A stretch of DNA of 64,000 nucleotides, taken from assembly GCA_009602735.1 (NCBI GenBank), contig WELA01002258.1, positions 78,746 through 142,745 on the forward strand, in the 5' to 3' direction. This document shows, in pieces, positions 24,787 through 35,915 of this stretch. The stretch's first letter is position 1, and the number at the start of each line of letters is the position of its first letter. Under the pieces are notes generated by a model, which was not told where the DNA came from, ran no database searches, and saw only the letters and a list, made by a program, of their open reading frames with translations. The DNA comes from Mesotaenium endlicherianum. Lineage: Eukaryota. A program made the position numbers and the translations under genes.

Positions 24787-27777
24787 ATGCCTACCCGTAG
24801 TGGGCTTTCTTATCAGCCATACTACGAAGGGGTTAGTGGAGAAGACTCGGACTCAGATCTCAGCACTATCACTGAACCCGCCGAAGAAGAGCAACCTGCT
24901 CTCCAGCACACAGCAGTTGCTTATGAGCCATCTCCCCAGTGGGCTCACTACGATTTCTGGTATCCCATGGCAGGTGACCACGAGGTCAGGACTGACAGGT
25001 CTGCCTACCGCTTCAGCGATAGGCCAGGCACCTGTGATCGGGAAGATACCATCTCGGAGTTTCAAGCTGACTTCGCGGCTGCAAAGCTCAAGACATCCAC
25101 GGTGACTAAGCGCGACGTCTTCGACACGCTTATGCGCTACCTCTCGCACGAGGCCCGCGACACCTTCCGTGAGAAGGAGGCCAAGCTCCGGACCCGCACT
25201 GAGCTTGTGGGTGACCCACCAGTGGCGACCCTGCTAGCTGATCCAGTGCAAGCCTTCTGGAACATCCTGAAGACAGAGTTCCAGGCTGCAACTGAAGAGA
25301 AGGTGTACGAGCTGCACCATTTCTTCCGACGCAAGAACGAGACTATCCGCATGATGTACCGCCGCTTGGTGCACCTCCGCCGCGATGTCGGCACTGTCAC
25401 TGACCGAGAGGCCGCGGAGATCTTCTTGCGCGCCGTCGAGCCGCGTCTGAGGGAGAGGGCCGTAGTCCCCCTCATCGACCGCCACGGTTCAGAGTATTCT
25501 CTGGAGCAGGCCTACCTCTCCGTTGAGAAGCAGAGCTTGGCCGCCGCACGGAGCAACATTAGCGATCGTGTGGGCTTAGCATCCACGGGCGTGCGCCAGG
25601 AGGCCTCAGTGCTGCCGTCTTCTACGACGCGCACGACGCCTGCCCGCCAGCCCCAGTCGCAGCAGCAGCAGCCTCAGCGCTCTCAGCTGCCCCAGCAGAC
25701 GCAGCAGCGCGGAGCTACGCGTGGCCGCATTTCCATGGCTGCCACTACGAGCGATCCCTGCTGGTCCTGCAGGAAGACGGGCCACTCACGCCAGCACTGC
25801 ACTCTCGCGCAGAATGGCAAGCCCGGCGACTGCACCTATTGTGGCAAGGCCGGCCACCTGCAGATCGTCTGTCTGCAGAAGAAGCGCGACGTCGAGAACG
25901 GACGCGCTCGCAACGGCCCTACGCCTTCAGCAGGACAGCGAGGCGCACGCAACCCTCGTACGGGTGGCCGCCCCGCGATGACAGCAGCTACGGCCACGAC
26001 GGACGCCGCATTGATGCCTGGAGCCAACGACTGCAGCTTCGACGACGTCAGCGACGCCCTCGTGGAGGCCAACGCGGAGATCGCTAGACTCCGTGGCCTC
26101 GTCGACGTCGATGACTATGACGCGTGCGGAGCACTCCTCGCGTTCGCTCCACCGTCCTACGCCACAGAACTGACAGCTGGCTCACGCACAGCTTCAGCGT
26201 ACACATCAGGCTCAGCGGCAGCGCCGCAGCCCCGCGCACGTCCGCGTTACGACGTAGCGCCCGCTGCCAGAGCTGCAGGCGCTCGCACAGGCAGCTCTGC
26301 TAGCCTTGTGCGCACCGCTCTGACAGCTGTCAGCAGCGACAGCCGGAGTCCCGACAGACTGCCGGATGGAAGGCTGCACGACTGCGCGGTTGCGCCATCT
26401 CCCGGCGCAAGCTCGCGCGCACGCGGGCCAGCCCGCGCGCCAGCCAAGGCCCCGACAGAGCCCCTGGCTTGCGCTTCCCTGCTGGCACCAGCAGGCCTCC
26501 CGTCGGCCCGCGTAGCGACAGCTGGCAGGCAGGGACGGGGGCACCTGGCGGCGTGCACGGCTACAACTGGGCCGGCCGCAGCCTCCCTCTTCGTTCGTGC
26601 GGCACTCCCGTGCGCAGCTCTGCGCACAGGCAGGGACAGCCGGTCCCCGCTGGCTGCTGCAGACAGCAGGCTCCAGCAGAACCCGCCACATGGCACGTGC
26701 ACGGCAGGCGAGGCCGCCTCTGCCGACAGCAGCATGCACGCACGCACGCTGGCTCACACGCGCGCCCAGCGCACTGCGCTGCCAGGTCCACGGCACACCC
26801 GGCGACGCCACGCCGTCGTCACAGCGGCAGCTGCAGCTGCGCAAAGCAGCTGCACCCACGCGCTGCCAAGTGGCGCGTGCGCGCAGGTCTGCACGGCCAG
26901 CGCAGCGACGGCCGCAGCGGCCGCCACCCTCGGTCAGCAAGGGGGGGTCCTGACTGCGCTGTGCGGCCGGATCGCCGGCAAAAGCGCCGACAGCGCACCC
27001 GCAGCTGCGCACATCCAGGGCTCAGCCCCTGCCGCACACGTGCTGCCACTTGGCACGCGCGCATGGCCCGGCTCAGCCCGTACAGATCCAGCGGTCGGAG
27101 CAGCCACCCGCAGTCAGGGGGGGGCTATACCCACTGCGCCACGCGGCCGGATGTTCGATCGCGGTGCCGACGGCCCGCGCACGGTTGCGCACAGCCAGGG
27201 CCTAAACCCTGGCTGCGCACAAAACCCCGGCAGCAGCCCAACGCAGGCTGCCGGGGGGCCGGTTAGCCCACGCATCGGGGGGAGGGCGCTGCGATCTTCG
27301 CCCGGGGCAGCCGAGATAGACGGCGCCACCGGTCCAGTGACCCTGCCCCTCGGCCCCAGCAGCCACCAGGGGGCGCCACCTGGCAGCCTCCTGGCAGCCC
27401 CGACCGCGCCAGCAGCTGCAGCAACTGCTGCAGCCGCGGCCGCACACGCGCCGGGGTCCGCAACTTTTGCGGCCGAACCCGCGACCGGCTGCACGGCAGG
27501 CCTTGCGGCAGGCTGCGCAAGGAGTCCTGCGGCAGACAGTGCGGCAGTTTGCGCGGCAGGCTGCGCAGCAGGCCTCGCGGCGCGCCCTGCGGCAGACAGT
27601 GCGGCAATCTGCGCGGCAGGCTGCGCGGCAGGCGCGACGGCAGTTCCCGCCACCGGCTGCGCGGCAGGCACGGCGGCAGATCTTGCAACGGGGGGGCTAT
27701 CCCGACTACGCCACGCGGCCGGATGTCCGATCGCGGTGTCGACGGCCCACGCACTGCTGCGCATTGCCAGGGCCTAA
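24787..27777 (+). CDS. gag: Gag of element A (capsid-like region, two zinc knuckles) plus an Ala-rich spacer; frame broken by an internal duplication
   Basis: MPTRSG start; knuckles CWSCRKTGHSRQHC and CTYCGKAGHLQIVC at ~25759-25872. Confidence 0.8.
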   Translation: MPTRSGLSYQPYYEGVSGEDSDSDLSTITEPAEEEQPALQHTAVAYEPSPQWAHYDFWYPMAGDHEVRTDRSAYRFSDRPGTCDREDTISEFQADFAAAKLKTSTVTKRDVFDTLMRYLSHEARDTFREKEAKLRTRTELVGDPPVATLLADPVQAFWNILKTEFQAATEEKVYELHHFFRRKNETIRMMYRRLVHLRRDVGTVTDREAAEIFLRAVEPRLRERAVVPLIDRHGSEYSLEQAYLSVEKQSLAAARSNISDRVGLASTGVRQEASVLPSSTTRTTPARQPQSQQQQPQRSQLPQQTQQRGATRGRISMAATTSDPCWSCRKTGHSRQHCTLAQNGKPGDCTYCGKAGHLQIVCLQKKRDVENGRARNGPTPSAGQRGARNPRTGGRPAMTAATATTDAALMPGANDCSFDDVSDALVEANAEIARLRGLVDVDDYDACGALLAFAPPSYATELTAGSRTASAYTSGSAAAPQPRARPRYDVAPAARAAGARTGSSASLVRTALTAVSSDSRSPDRLPDGRLHDCAVAPSPGASSRARGPARAPAKAPTEPLACASLLAPAGLPSARVATAGRQGRGHLAACTATTGPAAASLFVRAALPCAALRTGRDSRSPLAAADSRLQQNPPHGTCTAGEAASADSSMHARTLAHTRAQRTALPGPRHTRRRHAVVTAAAAAAQSSCTHALPSGACAQVCTASAATAAAAATLGQQGGVLTALCGRIAGKSADSAPAAAHIQGSAPAAHVLPLGTRAWPGSARTDPAVGAATRSQGGAIPTAPRGRMFDRGADGPRTVAHSQGLNPGCAQNPGSSPTQAAGGPVSPRIGGRALRSSPGAAEIDGATGPVTLPLGPSSHQGAPPGSLLAAPTAPAAAATAAAAAAHAPGSATFAAEPATGCTAGLAAGCARSPAADSAAVCAAGCAAGLAARPAADSAAICAAGCAAGATAVPATGCAAGTAADLATGGLSRLRHAAGCPIAVSTAHALLRIARA

Positions 27778-28261
27778 ACCCTGGCTGCGCACAAAACCCC
27801 GGCAGCAGCCCAACGCAGGCTGCCGGGGGGCCGGTTAGCCCACGCATCGGGGGGAGGGCGCTGCGATCTTTGCCCGGGGCAGCCGAGATAGACGGCGCCA
27901 CCGGTCCAGTGACCCTGCCCCTCGGCCCCAGCAGCCACCAGGGGGCGCCACCTGGCAGCCTCCTGGCAGCCCCGACCGCGCCAGCAGCTGCAGCAACTGC
28001 TGCAGCCGCGGCCGCACACGCGCCGGGGTCCGCAACTTTTGCGGCCGAACCCGCGACCGGCTGCACGGCAGGCCTTGCGGCAGGCTGCGCAAGGAGTCCT
28101 GCGGCAGACAGTGCGGCAGTTTGCGCGGCAGGCTGCGCAGCAGGCCTCGCGGCGCGCCCTGCGGCAGACAGTGCGGCAATCTGCGCGGCAGGCTGCGCGG
28201 CAGGCGCGACGGCAGTTCCCGCCACCGGCTGCGCGGCAGGCGCGGCGGCAGATCTCGCAAC
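27118..28261 (+). repeat. 572-bp near-perfect tandem duplication containing GCGGCAGGC minisatellite units
   Basis: GGGCCTAAACCCTGG at 27198 and 27770 (offset 572). The same peptide appears in two different frames. Confidence 0.9.
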
Positions 28262-28863
28262 GGGCCCCGCGGCAGGCCTCGCGGCAAGCTGCGCGCACGG
28301 CGCTGCAACAGGCCCCGCGGCAGAATGCGCGGCAGGTTTGCCGGCTGCGCCAGCAGCGGCCATTCTGGCCTGCTGCGCACGCGCGCAGCCACTCGGCAAC
28401 CGCTCCGCAGTCGGGCGCGCGAGCCGCGAGCACACGCTCGCAGCACCGGTCAGTCGGCCCGTTGTTCCGCAGAAGCGCGTCGGGCCAGACCAGGGACGAC
28501 GGACGGAGGAGGCACCGCGGTTGCCTTGTTCCTTCCGCATCCTAGAGCCCTCCACGACCTCAGCAAAGCCGACGCCACATGCGCTCACTTCGCCTATGAC
28601 GACGGTGCAGCTCAGCGCCGAGGTCATCTCTCTAGCACTGCACCGCATGCCGGCGGTCTCCTTCGCAGAGCTCGGCGTCTCCATGGAGGCAACGAGGCAA
28701 GCCGCTCAGCTAATGCTCCAGTCGCGCAGAGCCACGCTGCGCACCGCCGCCAGGAGGCCGATGGCCGATGCCGCCACCGCGGTGCGATCCACGCCCGCGC
28801 GCCGTGCGCATGAGCGCAGGATGATCAGCACTCCTAACGCCGCGTTTTTGGATAATTCGCAAG

Positions 28864-29230
28864 GGATTGTGCTCGTCAACACCCAGGCGATGCAGCGCAT
28901 CATGTTCGACACAGGCGCGCAGCCAGTTCTCATCAGCTTCCGCTACTTCCGTCAGCTAGGACTCTCTTCCGCTGACTTGGAGGACTCTCCGACGCGCATT
29001 AACACCGCCGCCGGCACGTCCGAGACCGTCGCCAGTCGCACGAGGTTGGCGCTACTGTTCACTCTGCACCCAGGCACGGCAGACGAGACAACCATCCATC
29101 GGCACGCACTCGTCACTCCTTCCGAGTCCTTCGATGTGCTCCTAGGGCAGGACGTGCTCTTTCCCATTGGCGCCGCGGTCGACAACTGGGCAGAGCGCGT
29201 CTTCTATCGTCCCGACTGGAGGACAGGGGA
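28864..29230 (+). pseudogene. Aspartic protease domain of element A
   Basis: IMFDTGAQPVLIS (DTG at 28908) and FDVLLGQDVL. Confidence 0.85.
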
Positions 29231-31266
29231 ACGCGCACCGCATCCTTGCCCCTTGACATTGCCGATCGCCGCCCAGCAGTGTCCAGCTTCATGGGGCTGG
29301 ACGATGGCCGGCCAGTGGTCAAGACCAATAAGGACGGGCCCGAGGACGAGGAGATCTCTGTGGGGGTGGACCTGCTTGAGCCACAGGACGAGGAGCCGGA
29401 CCTACCTAGTGCCGAGCTCCACCTCACGCCGCAGCAGCAGGCGGATGTCCTGGCAGCCCAGGCCAGGGAGCAGATCCGCATCTGCACTGCCCCACAGCGC
29501 GATGATGCGGCAGATGGCGGACGATGCCACTGAGGCCCTCGCCACGGCTAGCACAGCCATCGCTGCCGCCGCCCTTGCTCGCGGTGCGGTCGCAGCGCCT
29601 ACAACTCATCAGGGGGTCTCGCCCTCTCGCCGCAAGCCGTCTGCGAGGACCGACGTCCGCGTTCGCCACGACGTGCCTGTTGGCGTGGCCATTCAGTACA
29701 GTATGGACTCTCAGCCGCCCCCTCACGACGCCTCGCATCAGACCGGAAAAACCTGGCCTCGCACCACGGCATCCGAAGACGAGGCCATGCGGCAGGCAGC
29801 TTATCCTGGCAGATCCGACGACCAGTCCCTCAAGAGTGAGGAGGAGACGCAGTGGGAGCGACTGCCAGAGGCATCCGTTGAGGTACTCAGCGCGGCGCCT
29901 CCAGAGGAGCCCCCGCCAGCTGCGCCTACGGCACGCAGGCAGCGCGCACCTACTAGTCCGCCCGGCTACAGCGCACCCAGCCAGCCCATGACACACGACT
30001 GGCCCAGCAGGGCTCGCACCGACACCGCTGGACCCAGCCGTCCAGTGTCACACGACTGCTCAACGAGCCACGAGTGTCGCCGCATCGCACATTTGTTTAC
30101 GACAAGCCGGGCTGCCGTGGCCTCCTCTAGCGCTGGCACACACTCCATACAGCAGCCAGCGCCCAGGCTCAGCGTCCGCGAGCCACCCCGCACAACCCCG
30201 TCTATCTGCGCCCATCTGACCTACGCACATCGCACTTGGCCGACCATTGGACCCGCTCGAGAGACCACTCCTCTCCGCGAGACGAGCCGCTCCCGATCGC
30301 TCACACCCCTTTGCGAGACGCGAGAGGTGACTCCCCTCCGTGAGATGCGAGCCCGCTTCGTCACGCCACCCTACGACGACAAGGAGCGCACACTTCCTTA
30401 CGACGACACGCGGGCCCGCGGGGACACGTCGCCATACGACGACACTCGAGACCAACGCCGCACTCCGCCCTTCCGACCCCTCTCAGCTGGCGACAACGCT
30501 CAGTCTTCTTCCGAGGCGCATTTCGTGATGCTGGCCCCTACAGCTCCGCGCGCCAGCGTCCCTCGCAGCCACATCGCTGGCAACGGTCCCTCCGGGTCAC
30601 CTCCTCCCAAGGTGGCCCGCACCGACAGCAGGCCGCCCAGTCGTCACCCATTTACGGCCGCCGCACGCACACGGCTCATGTCTAGTCTCCGGCAGCCCCG
30701 AGACGCGCCCGTCCCACGAGGGCAGCCCCGGCCGCGAGTCCAGCTGGCCCCTCGCCGGCTAGTTCGGTCCCCGCAGGAGGTCAAAAGCTTCGAGTGCTCC
30801 GTCTGCACAATCCCCTCTGCAGACATGCGCGCACGCCAGCGGGCCTACTTCGACCCGCACCCCTACTTAACTCAGCGTTCCGTTATCGACCAGCTGGCCC
30901 ACGTGGCCTCGCACCAGACTGACCACGCCCAGCGCGACAGGTGGCAGCAGCTGTGCGTGGCCTCGGCCCGACGTCAGGCCCGCGCTGTCTCCCCGACAGC
31001 CCTGCAGGATGCGCGCCTGCGGTGGCGCACCTACCAGGACCACGTACGGGAGGAGCGTCCGCAGCCGCTCACTGACCGCATCCCCAGCCTTACGCGTGAC
31101 TACGCAGACCGTGCTGTGGCCGCCCTCCGCATGGCGCCACATCAGCACAGCGCCGAGCGTACCTTCCCGCCGCCCGCTCAGCCCGGCACCCCCGCAATGG
31201 GGTGTCGCCCACTTCCGACTCCTATCTGCGTAGACTCTCTAAGACGGTCTGGACGAGCGGCCCGGC

Positions 31267-32216
31267 GGCATCGTCCTCGTCAAGCTCTTCGCCGGCATCG
31301 CCACCGGGTTGCTCGCGACCTTACAGGCCGGCATCCCGGTGCGCCGCTACGTGTACGTCGATCCCGATCCTGAGGCCCAGCAGGTGGCCCGTCGGCAGAT
31401 GGCGTTGAGCCACGAGCGGTTCCCTGACCTCCTTCCCGCGCACGCATTCCGCCGCGCTCAGACGGACTGGCCCATGGACATCCGCGACATCACCGTCGAG
31501 CATGTCACCCGACTTGGGCCCATTGACCTCGTCATCGCCGGTTGGGAGTGCCAGGGCTTCTCCAGAGCCGGGCGTGGCAGGGCGCTCAGCGATCCCCCAC
31601 GGCCCTCTTCTGGCACTTGCTCCGCGTCCTCAACATTGGTGAGGATCGCCAGCCGCCACACACCCTCGCGTGGGTCCTGGAGAACGTGGCCGCGCGCCAC
31701 GATCGCCGTCCCGATGTTAGCGCCGACTTCGCTCTTTGCAGCAGCTACGTCGGCCGCGAGGCCGTCATTGACGCTGCCCAGATTGGTTCCTTCGCGCACC
31801 GCGTCCGCGCCTACTTCACGAACCTGGCGATGCCAGGTACTCTCGAGGCGTTGGCCGCCTCTCATCCACGTCACCCACGCACCGTCGACTCCATCCTCGA
31901 TGCCCCTCGCCTGGCCCAGCGCGTGACTGCACTACCACATCCCTCCATGGCGCAGTGTGAGGTCCTGCATGACGTCACTCGCGCGCTGCCGACTTTTGTC
32001 AGCCGCTACGACAGCGACGCCTTCGTCGGAGATCAGCGCGGGATGGTCATCGACCTGGAGACTGGCATGTTTGACAGGCCGCGCCCTGCGGAGATGGAGC
32101 GTGCCATGGGCTTCCCGCCGCATCTCACACAGGTGGACGGTCTCACTGAGGTGAAACGCATTCGCCTCTTGGGGCAGGCGATCGACGCCAACGTCCTCAC
32201 GTGGATTCTCCTGCAG
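31267..32216 (+). pseudogene. DNMT3-like C5 cytosine methyltransferase domain of element A (1-nt frameshift at ~31597)
   Basis: Motif I LVKLFAGIATGLL, motif IV GPIDLVIAGWECQGFS, motif VI WVLENV, motif VIII AHRVRAYFTNL, motif IX EMERAMGFP, motif X RIRLLGQAI. These parallel DNMT3 LSLFDGIATGLL / GPFDLVIGGSPC / ENV / AHRARYFWGNL / EMERVFGFP / RQRLLGRSW. Confidence 0.88.
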
Positions 32217-32664
32217 ACGCAGGCCTTGGCGCCTCTCTACGCCGCAGCCCGCCATTCCGAGCTGCCTTGGCCTGCCCACGATATGGACGATGACTCCATC
32301 GACGATGACAATCAGGCCCCGCCCGGCACGACGTGGCATCCTCAGCGCGCAGGGCCTGCACCGCCAGCGCGCACCCGCCCCCCCTCCCCCCCGCCGCACA
32401 GGGAGGACTCTGGTTCGCTGGGGGGGGGCCGGCGGAGAGAGGAGTCCTCACAGCGACCCAGGCCGTCCCGGTCACCTTTTCTTTTTCCTCGCTCGCAGGC
32501 AGACGGTGCCAGGCAGCTGGCCGCAGATGCCACAGTGCAGGTACCCGCGGCAGGCCGAGCGCCAATTGCTGCAGGGCAGGTGACACTTGCAGCACTACCG
32601 TCTACCCCAGCGGCAAGACAAAAGACTCCAGCTGCAAGCCAGGCGACGCCACCAGCCCCACCGA

Positions 32665-35600
32665 CATGGAAGCTGGGGGGGACACTCACCAAGGCACAGG
32701 CTGCACAGTTGACGGCACTGCTGGACGGGAGGCGCAGCACCAGCTTTGCCAGCGGCATGCACGATCTTGGGCGCTATAGGGGGGACCCCATGCGGATTAC
32801 TCTCACGTCGCAGGAGCCCATTTTCCTGAAGCGTTATCGCTATAGCCAGTTCGAGGATGGCTTGATTAGCGCGCAGACAGGCAAGCTGGAGGACAGTCGG
32901 CTCATTCGGGAGTCCTCCTCTTGCTATGCCGCACCCACGGTCATGCCAGCCAAGAAGGATGCCTCGGGCAACTTTTCCGAGAAGAGGATGTGCGGTGACT
33001 ATCGTAGGCTGAACGAGGTCACCGAGCAGGACAGATATCCTATGCCGACGCTTGGCGAGATCTTTGACGACATTGGCACGTGCACTTGGTTCTCAGTGCT
33101 GGATCTACGTCAGGGCTTCAACCAGATTCCTATCGCCGAGGAAGGACCAGCATAAGACGGCGTTCTGGGGAGCACAGCGCCTCTACGAGTGGGTGGTGAT
33201 GCCGTTTGGGTTGAAGAACGCGCCAGCTACCTTTCAGAGGGTGATGGATAAGGAGCTGGCCGGGCTGTCCTTTGCCCGATGCTACATCAATGACGTGCTC
33301 GTCTTCAGTCAGACGTTTGAGGAGCACGTGGCGCACATCACTGCTGTCCTGGACCGCTTGGAGGCCGCTGGGCTCAAGTGCCATCCAGGCAAGTGCACTT
33401 TTGGGACCCGCGAGGTGGAGTACCTTGGCCACCTGCTCTCTTCCAGCGGCTTGGCACCCCAGCTGGCGAAGATCTCGGCCATCACAGGCATCCCACCTCC
33501 TACAAATCTCTTGCAGCTGCGGGCCTTCCTCGGCATCGCCAACTACTACCGCCGCTTCGTGCCAGGGTTCAGCGAGCTAGCCAAGCCGCTCAAGGACTTG
33601 CTCCGCAAGGGCGTTGCCTACGTGTGGGGACCAGAGCAGCAGGCGGCATTTGATACGCTCAAGGAGCTGCTGGTGAGCACTCCTATGCTTTGGCGTCCTG
33701 ACTACACGAAGCCCTTCATCCTCCACACCGACTGGTCGCAGGCAGGGCTGGGCGCTGTGCTGGTGCAGGAGCATGACGGCTTCGAGCATGTGGTGGCCTA
33801 CGCCAGCCGCAGCAACAACCGCGCGGAAGGCAACTACGGCTCCTACGAGGGGGAGTGCCTGGCAGCGGTCTGGGCGATCGTGCACTTCAGGCACTATCTC
33901 TACGGCACGCACTTTCGCCTGGTCACCAACCATCAGCCACTTAAGTGGCTCATGACGTCGGAGCGCTTGAGCGGCAAGTACGCACGGTGGGCGCTTATCT
34001 TGCAGGAGTACACCTTCGACGTGCACCACCGTCCAGGCTCGACCAACCTGGACGCTGACGGTCTCAGCCGTAACCCGCTGCCCTCCTTGAGGGATCTCAC
34101 TGTGGCCCGCCACGATGAGGATGAGCCGGTGGCCTGGCACGCGGCGGCCTTCCTGGCCTTCACCGTGGACGGCGATGTGCGGCCCGCAGGGCTCACTAGC
34201 CTGGACATGGTGACCGTCATCACTCGGCAATTTGCCCTGGCAGCGGCAGAGGATCAAGACAGCTGGCAGCGCGGTCCCGAGGACGTGTGGGACGACGCCC
34301 CAGTGCTGCAGTACGTCACGGCCAAGGAGTTGGCACCCGATGTCAGCGCACGCGAGCGCGACCGCATCCTCAGGCGCAGCCGCGACTTCATTTTCATGGA
34401 CCGGCGCGTGCGGCGCGTGATGGCGGACGGCTCCGTCCTGGTGGTCCCTGAGCCTGCCATACGCAGTCAGCTGGTGCGCCGAGTGCACGAGTCCCTCGAA
34501 CACTTTGGTGTCAAGCGCACCCTTAGTCTTCTTCAGGCCGAGTACTGGTGGCACGGCATGACTAAGGTCGTCGCCGCTGTCGTCAGCAGCTGCACTCTCT
34601 GCGACCGTGTGCGCTCGAGCTTCACAGCGCGCACCGTTGCCCTCAGCCCCCTTCCTATTCAGGGGCTGATTTACAGGTGGTCACTTGACTTGGCTGGAGA
34701 GCTGCCCAAGTCTCGCCAGGGCAACCTCTACGTCTTGGTGATGATTGAGCACATGTCCAAGTGGATCGAGCTCGTGCCCTTGCCCAGCAAGGCCAGTGAG
34801 GGGATCGCTCAGGCCTTCCTCAATCAAGTCCTCAGCCGTTTTGGCGGCTGCGCTGAGGTGCTGACCGACCAGGGCAAGGAGTTCCAGGGCAGCTTTCAGA
34901 AGCTGCTGGAGCGCTCTATGATCGACCACCGCACCACCTTTTGCGTTCATCCTCAGGCTGACGGCCTCGCCGAGCGCATGGTGCAGACCGTCAAGCTAGG
35001 GTTGCGGAAGTACTGCCTTGCCCACGACCGTACCCACTGGGACGACGCCCTCCCTTGGCTAGCGATGGGGTACAAGATCAGTAAGCAGGCCTCCCTGGCC
35101 TCGCACTCGCCCTACTTCCTTCCCTACGGCCGACAGCCCATCCTGCCAGCAGCAGCCAGGATTGTGGCCGAGAACGTCTTGGACTTGGACAGTCCCGAGA
35201 CATGGAGTGCTCTTGTCGGGCAGCGTGCTCAGCTCTTTCGGCGCCTGATGCCCATGGCCATGGATAACCTCAGCATCGCACAGCATCGCGACACACTGAG
35301 GTACGCCATGACTTGTGGAGGAGCCTATCATCCGCGGGTGTTGCAGTTTTCCGCAGGTGACTTCGTGTACCTGCGACGTCAGACGAAGAACACCCTCGAC
35401 ACCAGCAGCTCGCCGGTCATCCTACGCGTCAAGCGTGCCTTGGCGTTAGGAGTCTTGGAGCTGGAAGGCGCAGATGGCCGTCTTCACAAGGACCACACAA
35501 AGAACTGTGGGCCGTGCCACCTTCCTAACCTTGACTTGCAGGTCCGTCCCCGCGACGCGCGGCCGCCCAAGGACTGGGCGTGCCAGATTTGTCACAGCAC

Positions 35601-35757
35601 TGGCCAGGTCACCAAGATGCTGCTCTGCGACAGCTGCAACCTCGGCTTCCACATCGGCTGCCTCGACCCGCCGCTGGCCCGCGTGCCAGCTGAAGACTGG
35701 TTCTGCAGAGATTGCACTGAGCTAGCCTTAGGCAGCGTACACAGCTCATCAGCTTGA
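32665..35757 (+). pseudogene. pol: RT-RNaseH-integrase-PHD part of the element A polyprotein (frameshift at ~33144; catalytic YIDD changed to YIND)
   Basis: RMCGDYRRLN, YPMP, PFGLKNAP, YIND, HTDWS, TNHQPL, HHCC (HESLEH...CTLC), DDE (LDLAG, TDQG, AERMV). C4HC3 PHD finger CQIC...LLCDSC...HIGC...WFCRDC at 35581-35715. Confidence 0.92.
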
Positions 35758-35915
35758 GGCTGAGAGCTGGGGGGGGAATTAAAACATTTTCGACTTGACT
35801 CTTTTTTTGGCTATAACGCCACATGTATTATAGACTCCATTGCAGCACAGCCTGCTTGCCTATGATGTGTTGCTTATGCCTATGATGCGCACTCGACCTC
35901 GTAACGCACGACAGT

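Noticed and set aside
26212..28684. Long antisense and alternate-frame ORFs in element A (and over GC-rich exons)
   Set aside because: Expected in very GC-rich repetitive DNA; no motifs.
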